A stretch of 24,000 nt of DNA, from positions 5,019 through 29,018 of the forward strand of contig CALENA010000020.1 in assembly GCA_937910875.1 (NCBI GenBank), in the 5' to 3' direction. Below, in pieces: positions 8,040 through 17,457 of the stretch (its first letter is position 1; each line of letters starts with the position of its first letter). Below the pieces are notes generated by a model. That model was not told the DNA's origin. It saw only the letters and a list, made by a program, of their open reading frames with translations, and made no database searches. Source of the stretch: an uncultured Desulfobulbaceae bacterium (lineage in GTDB: Bacteria; Desulfobacterota; Desulfobulbia; Desulfobulbales; Desulfocapsaceae). The position numbers and the translations under genes are program-made.

Positions 8040-8501
8040 ATGTTAAGAAAATTGATTCTGTGTCTCTGTACATTAGCAATAATATTTTCACAATCAAGTT
8101 CCAATCTTATGGCACAGGGCAACAATTCTCCTGCAAAAGAGGACCAGCAAAAAGAGCAATCTCCATTCTTGATCACAGGCGAACTGCCACACCTCACCAA
8201 ATTGTTAATGCAACAATGGGACAATTCTACATTGCACCTCACGGAGAAACAAAAGCCCCAATTACTTGTGGTCAGAAAAAATACTATTGAAAGTGTCGAA
8301 AATCTTGCCCCGCAAATTATCTCACTCCAAAAACAGGTGACAGAGGGTATAGTTACAGGAAAAACTCCTGAAGAACTTTATTCTGTTGTGCAAGCCATCT
8401 CTCAATTGAAGGCTGAAGCAACTATGGTCCACCTTAAATGCATCTTCGACACAAGCAGGATTTTGACTCAACAACAACTTGATATTCTCTTGAAAGAATA
8501 A
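8040..8501 (+). CDS. Spy/CpxP-family (LTXXQ-motif) periplasmic protein
   Basis: Signal peptide (MLRKLILCLCTLAIIFSQSSSNLMA), two LTXXQ motifs (LTEKQ, LTQQQ), a helical ~150-aa protein. GAGG lies 11 nt upstream of the ATG. Confidence 0.65.
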   Translation: MLRKLILCLCTLAIIFSQSSSNLMAQGNNSPAKEDQQKEQSPFLITGELPHLTKLLMQQWDNSTLHLTEKQKPQLLVVRKNTIESVENLAPQIISLQKQVTEGIVTGKTPEELYSVVQAISQLKAEATMVHLKCIFDTSRILTQQQLDILLKE

Positions 8502-8565
8502 CCTGCACCTGTCGCTAGTACCTCGTCGTGGTGGGTCAGGACAATAATCATGGCTTGCGTTCTTT

Positions 8566-10245
8566 TCATCTGCAAGAACGTTTGCGGGGAGAGTCAGAAA
8601 CTGATTGGCTCAGGCATTCACGCAGACCGCTCATACGCATAGCCCGGCGGCCAACCGCAGCACAAAAGATCTCTCTGCTGCCGGAAAGTTGCACCACCTG
8701 CCTGGCCCTGGTGATGGCGGTGTAGATCAACTCCCGGCTCAGAACCGGCAGATCCTGGTCAGGCAGCAGGAGCAGGACCTCATCAAACTCAGACCCCTGG
8801 CTCTTGTGGACGGTCATGCCATAAACAGTCTCATACTCGGGCAGACGGGCCGGTGAAAAACTGCGCGGCTGGCCATCGCGGCCCTCAAACCAGATCCGGA
8901 AGCCGCCATTTTCGCCAGCCTCCGGCAGACAGATCCCCACATCTCCGTTGTACAGCTCAAGTCGGTATTCATTGCGCTGAATCATAATCGGACGTCCCGC
9001 ATACCAGCCCCCTGCGGGACAGTCATACCCTTGCGCCCGCAGATAACGCTCAACCCCCTGGTTCACCCCTGTGACCCCGCACCGGCTCTGGCGAACCGCG
9101 CACAGGACCTGAAAACTGCGTAACTGCCTGAAGAGTGCTGCCAGGTCCTTGCCATCCCCAGGACCGGTCTCCATGGCCAGGCGCAAAAAGGGTTCAAGGC
9201 GACGCCCGATCTCCGCAAAAAGCGATCCGGTGAGTATCCCCAGTGCCCCCTCCCCGCCCTCGACCAGGAAACGCCAGGCCTCCTCTGCAGTTCCCCGATT
9301 CACCGCCAGAGACAACTCATGGATATGACGGTCAAAGCGGTAGGTCCTGAGCAATTCAACACTCCTGGCAGGGAGTGCTGCCACACAGTCGGCAAACACG
9401 GCACCGCTCTCCACTGAGGAGAGCTGGTCCCGGTCACCCAAAAGGATCAGGCGAGCCCCTGGTTTCAGGGCGGCAACGAGCTTGCTCATCAGGGCCAGAT
9501 CGACCATGGATGACTCATCCACCACCACCACATCCCAGGGCAGGGGGTTGGCCTGATCATGACGGAACGAGACCTGATGTCGCCGGACCCCGAGCAGACG
9601 ATGCAGGGTCCGGGCCTCGGTCGGAATCCGGGCCCGGATCTCCTCAGGCAAGGGCAAATCCTGACGCCCGGCAACTATTGATTCCTGCAGGCGCCTGGCC
9701 GCCTTGCCGGTGGGCGCGGCCAGGGCAATGTCCAACTCGGGTTCCAGGACCGCCAGGAGCAGGCCCAGGATTCTGACCACGGTACTGGTCTTGCCGGTCC
9801 CCGGCCCTCCGGCAATCAGGGCCAGGGGAGACCCCAAGGCCAGTTCGGCCGCCCGCCGCTGATCACTGATCTTTTCATCAGGGGCCAGTGGAAAACAGAG
9901 ATCCAGGAGAGCATCACAGGCGATCGGTTCCAGCGACTTGGCGGCCAGGGCCAGAAGTCTGCTGGCCAACTGCTGTTCGTAGCAGAAATAACGCTGCAGA
10001 TAGAGGCGCGGCCCCTGCAACACCAAGGGCGTGCGCGGGCCGCTCGACACCAGATGGGGAACCCGGACCAGCAGCTCTGCCTCACCTGGCGTGACCATCT
10101 GACAGCTGTGGCCATCGGCCAAGCTTGCTGACAACTCCCGGACAAGGGCCTCAAACCGCTCCAGCTGATCACCTGCCAAACGGGAAAGACGGGCCAGAAA
10201 ACAGGCCAGCTGTCGGTCAAACAGAGAGCTTTTCTGCTCCATCAT
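8566..10245 (-). CDS. recD: Exodeoxyribonuclease V alpha subunit RecD
   Basis: SF1 helicase motifs: Walker A (GGPGTGKTSTVV), Walker B (VVVDESSMVD) and a C-terminal YGMTVHKSQGSEFDEV...LIYTAITRAR. The start overlaps the recB stop (ATGA-type overlap at 10242-10245). Confidence 0.93.
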   Translation of the reverse strand: MMEQKSSLFDRQLACFLARLSRLAGDQLERFEALVRELSASLADGHSCQMVTPGEAELLVRVPHLVSSGPRTPLVLQGPRLYLQRYFCYEQQLASRLLALAAKSLEPIACDALLDLCFPLAPDEKISDQRRAAELALGSPLALIAGGPGTGKTSTVVRILGLLLAVLEPELDIALAAPTGKAARRLQESIVAGRQDLPLPEEIRARIPTEARTLHRLLGVRRHQVSFRHDQANPLPWDVVVVDESSMVDLALMSKLVAALKPGARLILLGDRDQLSSVESGAVFADCVAALPARSVELLRTYRFDRHIHELSLAVNRGTAEEAWRFLVEGGEGALGILTGSLFAEIGRRLEPFLRLAMETGPGDGKDLAALFRQLRSFQVLCAVRQSRCGVTGVNQGVERYLRAQGYDCPAGGWYAGRPIMIQRNEYRLELYNGDVGICLPEAGENGGFRIWFEGRDGQPRSFSPARLPEYETVYGMTVHKSQGSEFDEVLLLLPDQDLPVLSRELIYTAITRARQVVQLSGSREIFCAAVGRRAMRMSGLRECLSQSVSDSPRKRSCR

Positions 10246-13200
10246 GCGCCTCCTCCGGTCATGACCTGATGCAGGCGGTCAAGGAGAGAGGGGTCAGGGC
10301 GATCAAAGCAGACCCCACTCCCCGGCACGGCCGAGTCCATCCCCCGGACAAAGAGATAGCAGACCCCGCCGAAATGGCGTTCAGGCGCATAATCCACCAG
10401 GGTCTGGGCCAGATATTTGTGTAGCACCAGACTGTAGAGCCAGTACTGGAGGCCGTAATTGTGTTCACGCATGGCCTTCGCCAGATGCTCCGATGCGTAA
10501 GACGCCATCCCGGCACCGAGACGATTACTCTTGTAGTCAATCAGATAATAACGCCCCTGCCAGCGACAGACCAGATCAATAAAACCGGTCAGGTACCCAC
10601 GCAAATCCTGGGGCGCCACCGGGCGTACCGTGGGCTGGTCTGCAAGCAGCCCGTTCAGCCGGGCCGTTGAACCGGCGCGGAGATGCAGAGTGAAGGGCAT
10701 CTCACGCAGGCAATCACGCTCAGCCAACTGAGAGAGCATAAATGATTCCACTGGAACGCCTGCACCCATGATCCCGCTTTCCAACAGGGGCGTGGTCGTG
10801 GTTCGGACCAGCAGGCGGCGCAGGGGAGAAAGCTCCACGTCCTGCTGATACCGGCCACAAAATTCCAGGAGCCGGGCCTCGCTGAGTCCGCCTGCAGCCA
10901 GTTGGGCAAAAGAGTTTTCTTCCAGCAGGCCATGGATCAGATTACCAAAACCCGGTCCGGCAGGCAGTGTGGCCTCAGGCTCCTTTTCACCTGTCAAATC
11001 AGCCACCCCGCCACTCTCGCTCGTCAGCTGCACGGGTTCCGGCTCGTCCGGGTCATGAAAGGTGAAATGGGCCAGGGAACTGTAGCTGTGCAGACGCCAG
11101 CCCGATTCAAGATCGCTGCGATGGCAGGTTCGACAGCCCAGGGCCACGATCTCCTCTTGATCCTCTGCAGTTTCGGGCGCCGGGACCAGCACTTGTTCAA
11201 CCTCCAGATCCAACAGACGAAACTCCCCGGACAATTTGGCACTCAACTCCTGCAAACGCAGCTCCTGAGCCTGTCCATCTTCCTGATCTGCCAGGCCCAA
11301 AAGCTGAGCCAGGGCCGTGGTCCGGGCATCGGCCACTGTCCTGCCGGGCCGGACATCGGCCCAATAGAGATAACAGCGACTGATGGCCCGAGTCAGGGCC
11401 ACATAGACCAGGCGCATCTCTTCGGCTCCATCATCCTCTGCCTGCTGCTGCAGGCGCTCATCAAAGACAGGTGAGCCAAGATCAAGGATACGGCCGCCAT
11501 CCGGGCCCTCACAGACCAGGGCCTGGGGGGGGGCAAACCGGCCCCGGTACCAGAGAAAGGGACAGAAGACCACTGAATACTGCAGCCCCTTGGCCGCGTG
11601 CAGGGTCACGATACGCAGCGCCTGCTCATCACTCTCCAGACGCAGTTCACTCTTTTCCGGAGAGGTCCCGTCCCCGTCAATCAGTTGAATCAGCCATTGC
11701 AGGACCTGGGCCGGTGCAAGCCCCTCCTCCTCAATAGTCGCATGAACCAGTTCCAGCAGGTGGTTGATATTGGTGATCCGCCGCTCTGCCCACTCCAGCC
11801 GGGCCAGGTGTTCAAAGACCCGCTCCCCGGCCAGCAGGCGACCCATCATCACCAGAAAACCCTGCTCGTGCCAGCATTGGCCATACCCCTGAAACCGTTC
11901 AAGCCAGCTCTCCCCGCCATCCCCCTCCTGCCAGATGTTCTGGAGCCTGTCCCCGGAGAGCCCGAACCAGCTGCAGGTCATGGCCGTCTTCAAGATTTCC
12001 GGATCACCCGGGGCGCACAAGGCCCGCAGGAGCAGGGCCAGTTCCCGGCATTCATCACTGGCAAAGACGCTCCTGCGACTGGTGAGAACCGCCGGAATTC
12101 CGGCTCGGAGCAGGGCCTCGTAACAGGCCTGCCCCTGATGATTATTACGGACCAGGATGGCAATGTCCCGCGCCCCGAGCCGCGTACCCTCTCCAGACAC
12201 GACCGGACATCCAGAATCAAGCAGGGCACGGATCTCCTGGACCAGAGATGCGATGATCCGATCCCGGGCCCGGCCCGATGACCAGCGTCCCTTTTTATCT
12301 AAAGAATCAGGGGGCAGCTGACAGCAGGCCAGCGCCAAAAGATCCCGGCCTCCACAAGACAGCCCGGTCTCTGCCCTCGTCCTGGCCGGGGCCACCGGAT
12401 GGAAGGGCAGAAGATGAGGGGCAAACAGGCTGTTGACCGCCGCCACCAAGGCTGGATGGGAGCGATAATTGTGGTCAAGCCCGAGCAGAGAGCCTGCCGA
12501 CTCCCAGGCCCGATAATAGGCGTGGATATCAGCACCACGAAATCGATAGATGGCCTGTTTGGGATCGCCGATCAGGTAGAGAAAATGGCTGGTACTGCCA
12601 AAAAGGGTGGAGAATATCTGATACTGACGGTGATCGGTGTCCTGAAACTCATCAATCAGGGCCGCCTGAAAACGGGCGCCGATCAGACGCTGCAGCTGCG
12701 GCCCCCGGGGTCCGACCAGGGCCTCGGCCAGGAGGGTGATCAGATCATCAAAGCTCAGACGGTTGCGGCGCAGCAGCCCCTGAGTAACCTGCGCGCGCAG
12801 GGCCTGCGCCAGGTTCCCGCGCAAGGCCAGATCCAGGGCCTTTATCGCCGCCCCACAGGCCGCGATCTCTGCCTCGGGCAGGGACCAGCCCGCCAGCAGG
12901 GCCAGCCGTTTTTCTGCCGAACGGATCTTGGTGCCATTCAGGCAGGCGAGCATCCCCACCGGACCAAGACGGTCCAGGTCACCTGGTAGATGGGGACTAC
13001 GGCCATGACAGAAATCATCCATGGCCTGCCACCAGTGAGGAAAATCATCAGTCATGGGTTTTTTGAACAAACCGTTCTGCAGGGCCTCGTGCAGAACGGC
13101 TTGAAGCCGCTCCTGGTGCTGCTGCCACCAGCGACCCAGACCCTGCCGGGCTGCCGCATAGGCCGTCAGACCCTCGGCCACGCTTTGGAATGCAGGTTCG

Positions 13201-13802
13201 ATCCGGCCCCAGACAGCACCGCCGATCTTGACGCCGGCCAGGAGTGCGGTCGGTGTGGGATAGAGGGCCAGCAGGGGCGCGCACTGGTCAGGCGAGAGGT
13301 CATACAACTGATGCCGCCAGTAATCCTCGACCACCTCCTGCTCTACCAGACGAATATCGGCCAGGAGACGGGCATCAAAAAGCTGGCCGCTGTCCAGGGC
13401 CTGTTCGCGCAGCATCCGCTGACAAAAACCGTGGATCGTCAGGATCGGCGCCCGGTCCATATTCAGCAGGGCCCGCACCAGTCGGGTCAGGGCCTGGTCC
13501 TTGTCCTTGATTCCAGCCAGCCACTGCCTGAGAGTGGCATCGCCCTCCACGCCTGCGCCGCTCAGGGCCGATCGGGCCTCGACAATCCGTTCCCGGATGC
13601 GTCCCCGTAACTCCTCGGTGGCGGCCTGGGTAAAGGTGACCACCAAGATCCTATCCACAGGAATGTCACGCTCGACAATGAACCTGAGCACCAGCATGGC
13701 CAGGGCATAGGTCTTGCCGGTTCCGGCGCTGGCCTCCACCAGACTGACCCCGGGCACCAGAGGTGTTGTCGCCGCATCAAAGGCCTGATATTCAGTGATC
13801 AT
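10242..13802 (-). CDS. recB: Exodeoxyribonuclease V beta subunit RecB (helicase-nuclease)
   Basis: The N-terminus is UvrD-like (LVEASAGTGKTYALAMLVLRFI). The C-terminus has the RecB-family nuclease motif (GFIDLVCRWQGRYYLIDYKSN). I set the start at ATG 13802 (MITEYQAF...). The further 84 codons in the track ORF overlap recC and are Trp/Pro/Arg-rich. Confidence 0.93.
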   Translation of the reverse strand: MITEYQAFDAATTPLVPGVSLVEASAGTGKTYALAMLVLRFIVERDIPVDRILVVTFTQAATEELRGRIRERIVEARSALSGAGVEGDATLRQWLAGIKDKDQALTRLVRALLNMDRAPILTIHGFCQRMLREQALDSGQLFDARLLADIRLVEQEVVEDYWRHQLYDLSPDQCAPLLALYPTPTALLAGVKIGGAVWGRIEPAFQSVAEGLTAYAAARQGLGRWWQQHQERLQAVLHEALQNGLFKKPMTDDFPHWWQAMDDFCHGRSPHLPGDLDRLGPVGMLACLNGTKIRSAEKRLALLAGWSLPEAEIAACGAAIKALDLALRGNLAQALRAQVTQGLLRRNRLSFDDLITLLAEALVGPRGPQLQRLIGARFQAALIDEFQDTDHRQYQIFSTLFGSTSHFLYLIGDPKQAIYRFRGADIHAYYRAWESAGSLLGLDHNYRSHPALVAAVNSLFAPHLLPFHPVAPARTRAETGLSCGGRDLLALACCQLPPDSLDKKGRWSSGRARDRIIASLVQEIRALLDSGCPVVSGEGTRLGARDIAILVRNNHQGQACYEALLRAGIPAVLTSRRSVFASDECRELALLLRALCAPGDPEILKTAMTCSWFGLSGDRLQNIWQEGDGGESWLERFQGYGQCWHEQGFLVMMGRLLAGERVFEHLARLEWAERRITNINHLLELVHATIEEEGLAPAQVLQWLIQLIDGDGTSPEKSELRLESDEQALRIVTLHAAKGLQYSVVFCPFLWYRGRFAPPQALVCEGPDGGRILDLGSPVFDERLQQQAEDDGAEEMRLVYVALTRAISRCYLYWADVRPGRTVADARTTALAQLLGLADQEDGQAQELRLQELSAKLSGEFRLLDLEVEQVLVPAPETAEDQEEIVALGCRTCHRSDLESGWRLHSYSSLAHFTFHDPDEPEPVQLTSESGGVADLTGEKEPEATLPAGPGFGNLIHGLLEENSFAQLAAGGLSEARLLEFCGRYQQDVELSPLRRLLVRTTTTPLLESGIMGAGVPVESFMLSQLAERDCLREMPFTLHLRAGSTARLNGLLADQPTVRPVAPQDLRGYLTGFIDLVCRWQGRYYLIDYKSNRLGAGMASYASEHLAKAMREHNYGLQYWLYSLVLHKYLAQTLVDYAPERHFGGVCYLFVRGMDSAVPGSGVCFDRPDPSLLDRLHQVMTGGGA

Positions 13803-16800
13803 CCAGGGCCTCCACAACCATGGGGAACAGCTCTTCGCAGCAGGCAACAAACTGCTCCCCCAGCACCTCGGCCATGGGCAGACCGGTATAGAGCAAGGCC
13901 CACTCCTGTTCCCAACCCTGCTCAAGGGCTCGCTCCAGCATGGCCCGGGATTTGACCAGACACTCCTCCTCCACAGTCGAGCCGGCCCGGGCCTGAAAAT
14001 ACGCTCCGGCCGGCCCCACCAGCAGGGGACTGGGTCGGCGACACCCCTGGGCATACAGATCGATCAGATGGCCAAGACGGACCCGGGCCTGGACTTCTGT
14101 AGTCGAGGTCAGCCAGCAGGTCCGGTCCCGGGTCAGAGACAGCGTCCTGGAAGTGCCCGGATCAAGACAGCAGGCCACCAGGTGATGAAGCAGGGCCTGA
14201 AACAGATCACGTCCGCTCCATTTCCCGTACCGAACCAGAAGCTGACCCTGCTCATGGAGATTTTCCAGATGCCCTGAAAGACGGTAGCGGCCAAGATCAA
14301 AGGAAAAAACCCTGGGAAGCTGCGGAGCCCCAAGACCTGCCTCCCTGATCTGCTCAATAAAGGGGCTCAGTTCCTGGATCTGTTCACCAAAGCCCAGGCG
14401 TCCAGGCCCGCCCTGAGGCCAGCGCCCCGAGGCCATGAGCCGGATCATGATCTGCTCCGGGTCCTCATCCGCACAGAGCGCCGCAACGATCTCACTCTGG
14501 ACGCCATAACGCTCCAGACCGCCCAGTTCAAAGGGCTCACTGGTTCCGGGTTGGGAACGGATCACGTCCAGGCGGATGCCCAAACACCGACGGACAAACC
14601 ACCTCTGGGGATGGGCAAAAAAGGCGCAGAGATCCGCGAAATCAACATCCAGGTCCGGTTCAGGAAACTCCCCCTGCCACCAGGGTGCGGGTGGTTTCCT
14701 CTCCGCAGCAGTCCGGGCCCTGGCCAGGGTCTCGGCCACAACACAGGCATCACGGTCATAGCTGAACAGAAATGATCCAGGCCGGAAATAGTCGCCGGCA
14801 AAGGCATGGAGATGATGGCGGCGAAAGACCGGTTCCAGACCATACTGACCGCGAATCAGTTCCAGCAGTTCACTGATCAGCAGGGAGGGCGGAATGGCCT
14901 CGTTATTGCGCTGCGAACAGCCCACATAACTGAGATAGAGAAACTCTCGGGCCCCTCCCAGGACTTCCAGAAACTGATGCCGGTCATCGCTGCGCCGCGA
15001 GCGGTCGCCCGGACGACTCTCCTCGCCCAGGAGATCAAAGGGCAGGCCTTGATCAGCGCGGGGAAAGGCGCCATCATTCAGCCCCAGAAGGCAGATGGCC
15101 GGAAAGGGGATCGAGCGCATGGGCAGCATGGAGCAGAAAGTCAGACGGCCACGCAGAAAACCGGAACTCCCCCCTTCCGTTTCCAGCTGACATTCCAGCC
15201 AGAAGCGGATCACAGCCAGAAAGACCGGCCCGTCATGAAAGGCGACGGCCGCACTCCTGCCGTACTCAGCCAGTGGGGCCAGGAAACGGGCAAGCACTCC
15301 TGTCTCACCTCCCCGCCCCTCAGTTTGGGCCAGGAGGCGGCTGGCCCAGTCACTCAACAGAAGCGACCAGTGGGCCAGGCTCTGCTCATGACCGCACCGC
15401 TCCCGGGCCTCTTCCAGCAGGTCGACAAAGAGGGCCAGGCCACCCAAGGGGCGAGCCGAGCTACCCTCAATCTCCGCATAGGGCAGAATCCCCTCCACTG
15501 GTGAATCAGAACGCATGGCACAGCCAAGAAACAGGCGATCCAGGCCATCCTGCCAGGTGACTCCGGTTACTCCGTCCCCCCCGGCAAGCCCCATCTCAGA
15601 CCATTGCTCAGATGACAGGCCCCAGCGAATACCCGTGTCCAGGACCCAGTGCCGGATCAGTTCCAGATCGGCCTGATCCAGGCCAAAGGCCGGAGACACC
15701 GCGGGATTTTCCAGGAGCGCCAGGACATCACTCCAGCCGAAACGGCCGTCCAGGAGATTGAGGAAGCTGAGCAGAATTCGACCGGGATGCTCGTGCTGCA
15801 ACAGAGAGCGATCGGCAATGGAATGGGGCAGATCGGCAAAAACGGCCGGAATAAGCTGGCCATAGACCTGGATATCCGGGGCCATGACCACCACATCCGA
15901 AAGCTCCAGCTCAGGATGTGTCTCGAGCCAGTGGAGGATCTGGTCCTTGAGGGCCATCAACTCGCGCAGGGGCGAGTGACAGGAGGCTATGATCAGGGAC
16001 TCATCGTTCTGGGTGGGCTGGGCATCGGTCCGGGCGATCACTGAACCGGCCAGAAGATCAGACTGCAGGCGATGGAGCAGCCGCCCCCCACCCTCACCGC
16101 CAGTGGCCAGGGGATCAACAAAGATCGGCGGCCGCAGGGTCAGATTTGGCAACGAAAAAAGCAGCTCCTGGAACTCCCGCGCCTGGCCACCGCAGGAGAG
16201 TAGCAGAGGATGGGAACAGGCCTGGGCCTCCTGACCTGGCCCCTGCCAGAAACAACGGCTCACGGCCAGAAGAAAGAAATGAACCTCACAGTGACGGGCA
16301 ACCCCGCGCAGGGCATTCAGCAGCAGGGGTGGAAGGCTGTGCAGGCCAAAGACCATGAGCCTGGAGGGCAAGAAGGTCGCAGCAGAGCGGTCCTGCTCCA
16401 GGCGATGGATCAGACGGGCCAGACGCTCACCCCGGTGGATCAGACCGGATTCCCCCAGCAGACCTTGCCAGATGGCCATCTGCCAGCCCTCGGCCCCATT
16501 CTCGGTACAGCGACGCCCCTGGGCCCAGCTCGTAAGCAGATCCGGACGCATGATCTGGTACTGATCAAAGAGGTCTGCCAGTTGCCTGGCCAGTTGAAAG
16601 CGCTTCAGCGGGCCATTTTCACCGCTGATATAATGGTGCAGGGGAGAGAGGGCCGGGTTGGTCTGGTCACGGAGCAGTCCATCAATCCGCCAGCTGAGCC
16701 GCTCGCGCGAAAACAGATCATCGCCCCCTTCCACGGCCAGGTCCTGAGCCAGCCGGGCAAAAAAACGGGCCGGCCACAAATACTCCATATTGCACCAGAC

Positions 16801-16965
16801 CGGCTGGGCCTCGGCCAGGCACTGAGAGAGCATCCGCTCCATGCCGTGACTCTGGATGAGAAAGGACTCACGGCGCATAGGGTCACGGCGGGGCTCGGCT
16901 GCCAGCAGCCCGATCAGCTGCTCAACCAGAGTCTCGGTCCTGTTGGAGACATGGAGATGAAACAT
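13792..16965 (-). CDS. recC: Exodeoxyribonuclease V gamma subunit RecC
   Basis: The N-terminus MFHLHVSNRTETLVEQL matches the canonical RecC start, the length is ~1057 aa, and it sits directly upstream of recB-recD. ATG 16965 has GAGGG 5 nt upstream. GTG 16971 is an alternative start two codons earlier. Confidence 0.9.
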   Translation of the reverse strand: MFHLHVSNRTETLVEQLIGLLAAEPRRDPMRRESFLIQSHGMERMLSQCLAEAQPVWCNMEYLWPARFFARLAQDLAVEGGDDLFSRERLSWRIDGLLRDQTNPALSPLHHYISGENGPLKRFQLARQLADLFDQYQIMRPDLLTSWAQGRRCTENGAEGWQMAIWQGLLGESGLIHRGERLARLIHRLEQDRSAATFLPSRLMVFGLHSLPPLLLNALRGVARHCEVHFFLLAVSRCFWQGPGQEAQACSHPLLLSCGGQAREFQELLFSLPNLTLRPPIFVDPLATGGEGGGRLLHRLQSDLLAGSVIARTDAQPTQNDESLIIASCHSPLRELMALKDQILHWLETHPELELSDVVVMAPDIQVYGQLIPAVFADLPHSIADRSLLQHEHPGRILLSFLNLLDGRFGWSDVLALLENPAVSPAFGLDQADLELIRHWVLDTGIRWGLSSEQWSEMGLAGGDGVTGVTWQDGLDRLFLGCAMRSDSPVEGILPYAEIEGSSARPLGGLALFVDLLEEARERCGHEQSLAHWSLLLSDWASRLLAQTEGRGGETGVLARFLAPLAEYGRSAAVAFHDGPVFLAVIRFWLECQLETEGGSSGFLRGRLTFCSMLPMRSIPFPAICLLGLNDGAFPRADQGLPFDLLGEESRPGDRSRRSDDRHQFLEVLGGAREFLYLSYVGCSQRNNEAIPPSLLISELLELIRGQYGLEPVFRRHHLHAFAGDYFRPGSFLFSYDRDACVVAETLARARTAAERKPPAPWWQGEFPEPDLDVDFADLCAFFAHPQRWFVRRCLGIRLDVIRSQPGTSEPFELGGLERYGVQSEIVAALCADEDPEQIMIRLMASGRWPQGGPGRLGFGEQIQELSPFIEQIREAGLGAPQLPRVFSFDLGRYRLSGHLENLHEQGQLLVRYGKWSGRDLFQALLHHLVACCLDPGTSRTLSLTRDRTCWLTSTTEVQARVRLGHLIDLYAQGCRRPSPLLVGPAGAYFQARAGSTVEEECLVKSRAMLERALEQGWEQEWALLYTGLPMAEVLGEQFVACCEELFPMVVEALDDH

Positions 16966-17160
16966 GGACACCCTCGACAGACCCGGTATCCCGGGCTCCT
17001 GCCAGCAAACCTTGAGAAGACAGCCCCTCTTTACCGTGGCCCTGTTCTGCTGACACGACCCACAGCAGAAGATATGATCATTTCACAGGACACTCTCTGC
17101 AGCAAAAAACCCCTCCGGCCCCCTGTGCGGTAAATCCGGGAGAGACCTGAATCAACCTGC

Positions 17161-17457
17161 TCACAGGCCTGGTGACCGGCTGGTATATTCAACAATTGCA
17201 TAGACAAGACCGGCAAAAATTCCTATGGTGAAGAACAATCGCAGGCGCCGGTCCCAAGGGACTTTCTCTCCTTCAGACATGTACTGGAGAAAGGCCACCA
17301 GGACAAAGGTGATCCCAGCCACATAGGGACCAGTCTCCAGCAGCTGCAGCAGTGTTGCCTTGACGGTCAGCCCCAGGTCTGCCGCCGGTCGCAGGTTAAA
17401 CAGCAGATAGACCAGACCGGTCAGATAAAACGATACCTTTTCATTACTCTCTTTCAT
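17161..17457 (-). CDS. Small hypothetical membrane protein (98 aa, about 3 TM helices)
   Basis: Hydrophobic segments VSFYLTGLVYLLFNL, GPYVAGITFVLVAFLQY and LRLFFTIGIFAGLVYAIV. I do not recognise the family. The start is uncertain: ATGs at 17457, 17508 and 17580 are all in frame, each with a weak SD. Same strand as recC and 189 nt upstream of it. Confidence 0.5.
   Translation of the reverse strand: MKESNEKVSFYLTGLVYLLFNLRPAADLGLTVKATLLQLLETGPYVAGITFVLVAFLQYMSEGEKVPWDRRLRLFFTIGIFAGLVYAIVEYTSRSPGL

Noticed and set aside
8558-8580. Hairpin CGTTCTT-(9 nt)-AAGAACG between the convergent Spy-like gene and recD, considered as a bidirectional terminator
   Set aside because: The stem is 7 bp and AT-rich. 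It spans the recD stop codon and is followed only by TTT on the plus strand, with no U-tract on the minus strand. This is too weak to call.
11598-13610. Series of 190-230-aa plus-strand ORFs (11598-12281, 12399-12989, 12990-13610)
   Set aside because: All are antisense to recB. They are low-complexity Pro/Gly/Gln/Arg-rich translations.
13803-14054. 84-codon N-terminal extension of the recB ORF
   Set aside because: It overlaps the recC coding sequence in another frame and is Trp/Pro/Arg/Cys-rich. The canonical RecB N-terminus begins at ATG 13802.
16210-17133. 307-aa plus-strand ORF; similar ORFs at 14806-15504 and 15649-16044
   Set aside because: These are antisense shadow ORFs within recC. 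They show no recognisable motifs and have Pro/Gly/Gln-rich composition.
17104-17133. GC-rich tract followed by T6 on the minus strand downstream of the small membrane gene, considered as an intrinsic terminator before recC
   Set aside because: I could not find a convincing inverted repeat. Only CCGG self-pairing with wobble extensions and a 17-nt loop is possible.
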